A DNA stretch of 59,413 nucleotides, counting the filler, from Platydemus manokwari (Eukaryota): assembly GCA_037951405.1 (NCBI GenBank). It is 5 parts of 5 records of this genome, joined end to end, with 100 filler letters (N's around TTAATTAATTAA, not from the genome) between each part and the next. Parts side by side here need not be neighbours in the genome. Positions count along the whole stretch, not along the records: positions 47,986 to 59,413 come from JBBMOY010682208.1; 4 more parts are not named here. One strand, written 5' to 3'. Made by a program: the position numbers and the translations under genes. The notes below the pieces were generated by a model. The model saw nothing but the letters and a program-made list of their open reading frames with translations. It did no database searches and was not told where the DNA came from. How positions within the stretch are numbered: the stretch's first letter is position 1; each line of letters starts with the position of its first letter. Shown here piece by piece: positions 55,000 to 59,413 of this stretch.

Positions 55000-57740
55000 A
55001 AAATATTAAGATTTCAATAGAAAAAAGAAAGAAAGGAAACCATTCACAATAGCGGATAAAACGAAAAAGATGATGCAATTGGTAGGAAAATAGAAATGTC
55101 TCAGACAAAAGAGATATTAATCAAACTACAAGATCATATTTTTATGGTAAACAATTAAACCAAACAAGAAACTGAGCAAGCTACCTGTTGGGAAAAATCA
55201 GTCCGACATACAACGACATTGCAAAGACCATTAAGAATTAATATATGGAATAACAGATGGTCCGCAGGAATATGAGATTGAAGTCATATTAAACACAGAG
55301 ACAGAGCGGAATAACATAGTTGGGAGAATGACAATATTTTTAAGGTTTGACGAGCTACCAGATAGTGCATACATAATAAATCAGGGAATTTCACAATACA
55401 ATTCAGACAACATGTATGCAGTATTCCACACCAAATTAATTCCAAAAGCCCCAGTAAATAATTTAAAAGCAGGACAAAAAACATTGCATGGAGAAGAAGA
55501 TGAAGCTCTTAACATTTTTTTGAATAGCAGTGAACAAAATCTAGTAGCAGCATTAACATGACATGAAAATGGTAATGAAGATATGAAAAAAATAGGTCTA
55601 GTAAAGGAAATATTAGATAATTTACCTACAGTAAAGGAATTGCAGTTGAGTCCAATGCATGAATAATTTTTATGCTGACCCACAATGACATTGGTCTTTA
55701 GCTCGATGATGATGCTAACAGTAAAACCTCTAAACCCAAATGGAAAATTATTGTTAAAAGAAGTAACTGTGATTTATGGTACAGGGTGGATAAAGTTAGT
55801 AGGACAAATATCGAAATATAAACAATTTTGGGAAAAATATGTTGAGATAGACAAATACAATTTATCATTGAAAACATTGACACAAAGAAATAGAGATAAA
55901 GTTTATGTAAACACACTGAGTCAAAGATTCATGAATTACAAATTAAGTCAAATAGCTGGAACACCGTTGAATCAGCAATTTTGAGAAAATTGTGGCAAAG
56001 ACAGAGAAAAATTCAGCCTGTCGAAAGAAAAAAAACAATTAACAAGAGAAAGATACCTTGGTGGGGAATTATCCGATAAAGCAAAAATAGTCGAAAAATA
56101 GTACAGAAAATTGGACTCGAAAATAAAGATAGTTATTTGATTAGATGAAACAGATAAAATTTTGGATGATAGACAAAATCTTGAATCAACAAATTTTATG
56201 GAAGAGACAGGGAGACCCATAAAATGGTGTATTCAGAGTCAAGAGTTGATAACTGAAAAGTCACAAAATGAGAATAAGAAAAACAACATTATAAAATGAA
56301 AGAGAAACGCAAGCAAGACGAGCTAGCAATACAAAAAAGGAAATATTAAACTGCAGTAGCGTTAATACTTGCCCAAATACCAGTACGGCCAGGGTTAACA
56401 ATGCCAATAATTTAGAGAATATTACGAAAAGCATTTAATGTACGGAAAACGTCACTAATATAAGTTTCAGTGAAGCTATTAAAGAAAAAGAACACACCAT
56501 AAGTAAAAGGGAATCGACTACCTGTTTATAGGCGAGTTTGTGAAGATGCTACGACAATGTGAAAAAGCACACTGAGATATTGATGGAAAAATGAATAAGA
56601 TATGGAGACAATTGCTACGAGTAGAGAAGGATGAGTTGACGCAAGATAATAGGGATCAGATTAATTTTCAAACGTTGATATGCATAATAAGAGATTTAAT
56701 AGATCTAACACCAAGTGTAAAAATGAATAGAGAAAAAGAGAAGGAAATTTCGATCCCCATGTGTAGAGAATAGTGAAATGCACATACGAATGTATGCAAT
56801 ACAATGAGTTGGAACCAACAACTGTAACAGTGAGTTTTAAAAAATTATTGACATATCCATAAAAGGTGAGAATAGAACTGCCATATTACGGAAAACATAA
56901 TGCAATGTATATAATAGAAAGTATCAAAAGAATTGAAAAGAAGGCGAGATATTCATTGATTCATGGTAATTTGTTTAAGATGATAATGCAAAAACCCACA
57001 TCACGTATAGATGACAAAAAGGAACGAGAAGACATAATAGAAACATGAGAGAGATTATCAACTTCATCGGCAGAGATACAATAATAGACGTACATCCACA
57101 ACTGGAAAACACAGGAAAAACGATTAATTTAAAAACGAGGTATAAGCAGAACAACTAATGATGAAATAATTAGAAAGTAAAGGAATATTTGATAAAATTG
57201 ACTACAATGAGAAATCCAAAATAAAAACAAAAGAAGGAGAATATGATATGACAATTCTGGAAGAGGATATATATTAAATTAAGAAGAAAATTTGTGTAGA
57301 CATAAACCAAACTGAAAAAGATATATAGGGATATTTCGAAGCAATGTCCAATAATATAGGGAGCCGAACAAATAAAGATAAGAACACAACCGGTGTAAAG
57401 GCATAGGCAAAAAATGTAAATCACACTAAGAGAAGGAGTAGCGTATGATGATATATAAAGAGGAACGTAAAATCTAAAGAACTTAACAGAGAGGTAATAA
57501 TAGAGTTCCATATGATAAGCGAAGAAGAAGAAAGTCATTATGAATGAATAATCCCGAAAATAAAGGAAACAGTACAGGAATTGGAACTGTTAATGGAGCA
57601 GCAATGGAAATATAAATATACTGAATGGGAAGATAAATAGGTAGTAGGATTAGATGAAATAATAATGATCTTGTTGACCCAATAACTCATAATATCAGAA
57701 GTTTTGAAATTGAGAGAGGGGCAAATAAATAATACGTAAT
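55000..57740 (+). mobile_element. Heavily decayed non-LTR retroelement relic (possible Ulp1 + RT + REL)
   Basis: A-rich coding-like strand bias. Motif remnants occur in the expected order: IIFMLTHN/HWSLA, TQRN..KVYV, KARYSLIHGNLFKM, TGKTINLKRGI, VIIEF, VVGLD. Confidence 0.4.
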
Positions 57741-57744
57741 AATA

Positions 57745-58795
57745 TGTTTTAAATGGTGATGAGCTTTTGCGTATAAATCCAAATGCTTCCTTATGACGAA
57801 TTTGCTTTTCTGCCTCTTCTAATACCTTATATGGCATTCTTCTTTATGGCAATTTTATTGATGTATCATTCATCATTTCTGTTCTGTGTTGAATAACCAC
57901 TGCTGATTCTACATCATATTCGTGCTTTGCCATTATGACATCGTACTTATCTATGACTGCTTCAGCTTTTTATTCTCTTCTTCAGTCATGTAAGCTTCTG
58001 CTATTTTAACTTTTAGATGATGCTTAATCTCTCCTAACACTGCAAATCGGTTACTGATTATTGCTTTGGCCTTAACATAATTTTTTAATATCGTTCCTGT
58101 TCTTAATATCATATTGTTATTGCCGTAATTCGTGATTCTTAACGGATACTGTCCATTATTTTCTGTGGCTAATATTGAACTAATTTGTATTTCTTCATGA
58201 ATTTGTTTTGGTTCGAACAATTATGTTTCATTTGTGTCTTCTATCGGGACCATTGGTATACTTTTACATCTTGCGGGTAATCTTGTTATTTTCTGAATTC
58301 GTAATTTGTCATCATTCTGTGATGGGCTTAGCTTAATGAGATTTGTAAAATGGTTAGGTCCAATACTACTCCTGATAATTGTCCTAACAAATCCAATCAA
58401 ATGAGGATATCATTAAATCCTTCTGTAACTACTTTGAAGTCATGATCTATTTGATCTACCTTTATGTTGATTTTTACCACTGTTCCTATTATTTATCCTC
58501 CTGATCCTACAAGAACGTCTTTGTCTTTTATCATCCTTGATTGTTAGTATCTATTGAGTAACTCTTTCCTTATCATCGATGCTTCTGCTCCTGCGTATAT
58601 CAATGCTCTTGCTAACCTCTATTCATTACCACTGTTCCTATTATTTATCCTCCTGATCCTACAAGAACGTCTTTGTCTTTTATCATCTTTGATTGTTAGT
58701 ATCCATTGAGTGACTCTTTTCTTATCATCGATGCTTCTGCTCCTGCGTAAATCAATGCTCTTGCTAACCTCTATTCATTATCACTGTTACTATTA
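57745..58795 (-). mobile_element. Second-family Ty3/gypsy relic (protease plus RT N-terminus)
   Basis: ARALI(Y)AGAEASMI protease site, then IQHRTEM...RRMPYKVLEEAEKQI....GFIRKSSSPF at the RT start. Confidence 0.75.
58474..58795. repeat. 152-bp tandem duplication (two copies plus a partial third)
   Basis: ttaccactgttcctatt...aacctctattca occurs at 58474-58625 and 58626-58777. Confidence 0.95.
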
Positions 58796-59278
58796 GTCTA
58801 TGGTATCTAACTATTGTTGAGTAGCGGGCTTCAATAGCTTGTATAAAGACGAAGCTATCGAAATACTAGACTAAAAAAGGTTATAAATGATAGTCCAAAA
58901 AAAATAATTAGCTGTGGCAACAAGGACTTGGAATGTCCTGTTGACACCAGTGTAATCTATAATTACGAATATTTTTAATTACCCTAGTTAATAAATATGA
59001 TAACACTGTGGTTAGTTAAATGATTTATTTAGGAAACGAAATTAAATAAGAATAAACCAAATTCGGCAAACTGCGTAGTACAATGTGCAAGCAGATCACT
59101 ACTAGATACTCAAAATAAAGAGTACTGGAGATTATGGGGAGACAACAACAAGATTTTTAATTAATGAAAATGAGAAAAGCAATAATTATGCTATGCATAA
59201 ATGATACATATAGGCTTACGAATATTGGTTAAAACGAATTCAAAGAAAATGAATACCAGCACCAGTTCCTTCAATTTA

Positions 59279-59413
59279 CCAGGTTGAGTCAAAAGTTATT
59301 CATGTTTTTATGCAGGTATTTTATTAACACAAATTTTTATAACGCTGAACATATTATTCCTCGAAGTACAGTCCATCATTTTCAATGACTCGAAGCCATC
59401 TTTCTGCCAATTG
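59279..59413 (-). mobile_element. Mariner transposon 3' end (transposase C-terminus plus TIR)
   Basis: 59413-59354 reads QLAERWLRVIENDGLYFEE*. The TIR ccaggttgagtcaaaagttattcatgtttt is flanked by TA at 59277-59278. Confidence 0.85.

Overview
This is AT-rich eukaryotic, most likely metazoan, genomic DNA with compact genes and many 44-53 nt introns. It consists of five contigs joined by artificial 100-nt N/TTAATTAATTAA spacers. Host genes: a partial kinesin-13 (KIF2-like, including a probable GC-AG intron), a complete ENTPD4/7-type NTPDase, a complete 9-exon WDR60/DYNC2I1 with a 13-aa tandem repeat, the 3' end of GLG1, an intronless divergent UBE2J2-like E2, a sesquipedalian/PHETA PH-domain gene, a two-exon secreted protein (PAN/apple-like module plus a TCAF-N-like domain), and an M14 carboxypeptidase pseudogene. 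Mobile DNA is abundant: three copies of one Ty3/gypsy family, a second gypsy relic, a ~5 kb NeSL/R2-group non-LTR element with an apparently intact Ulp1-like protease, a possible second decayed Ulp1-bearing element, a hAT MITE with an 8-bp TSD, and a mariner end. The best leads are the Ulp1-carrying retrotransposon with three CxCxxC motifs, the PAN plus TCAF-like secreted protein, and a coding-like in-frame extension after the ENTPD TAG stop. All homology calls come from recognising motifs by eye; no searches were run.
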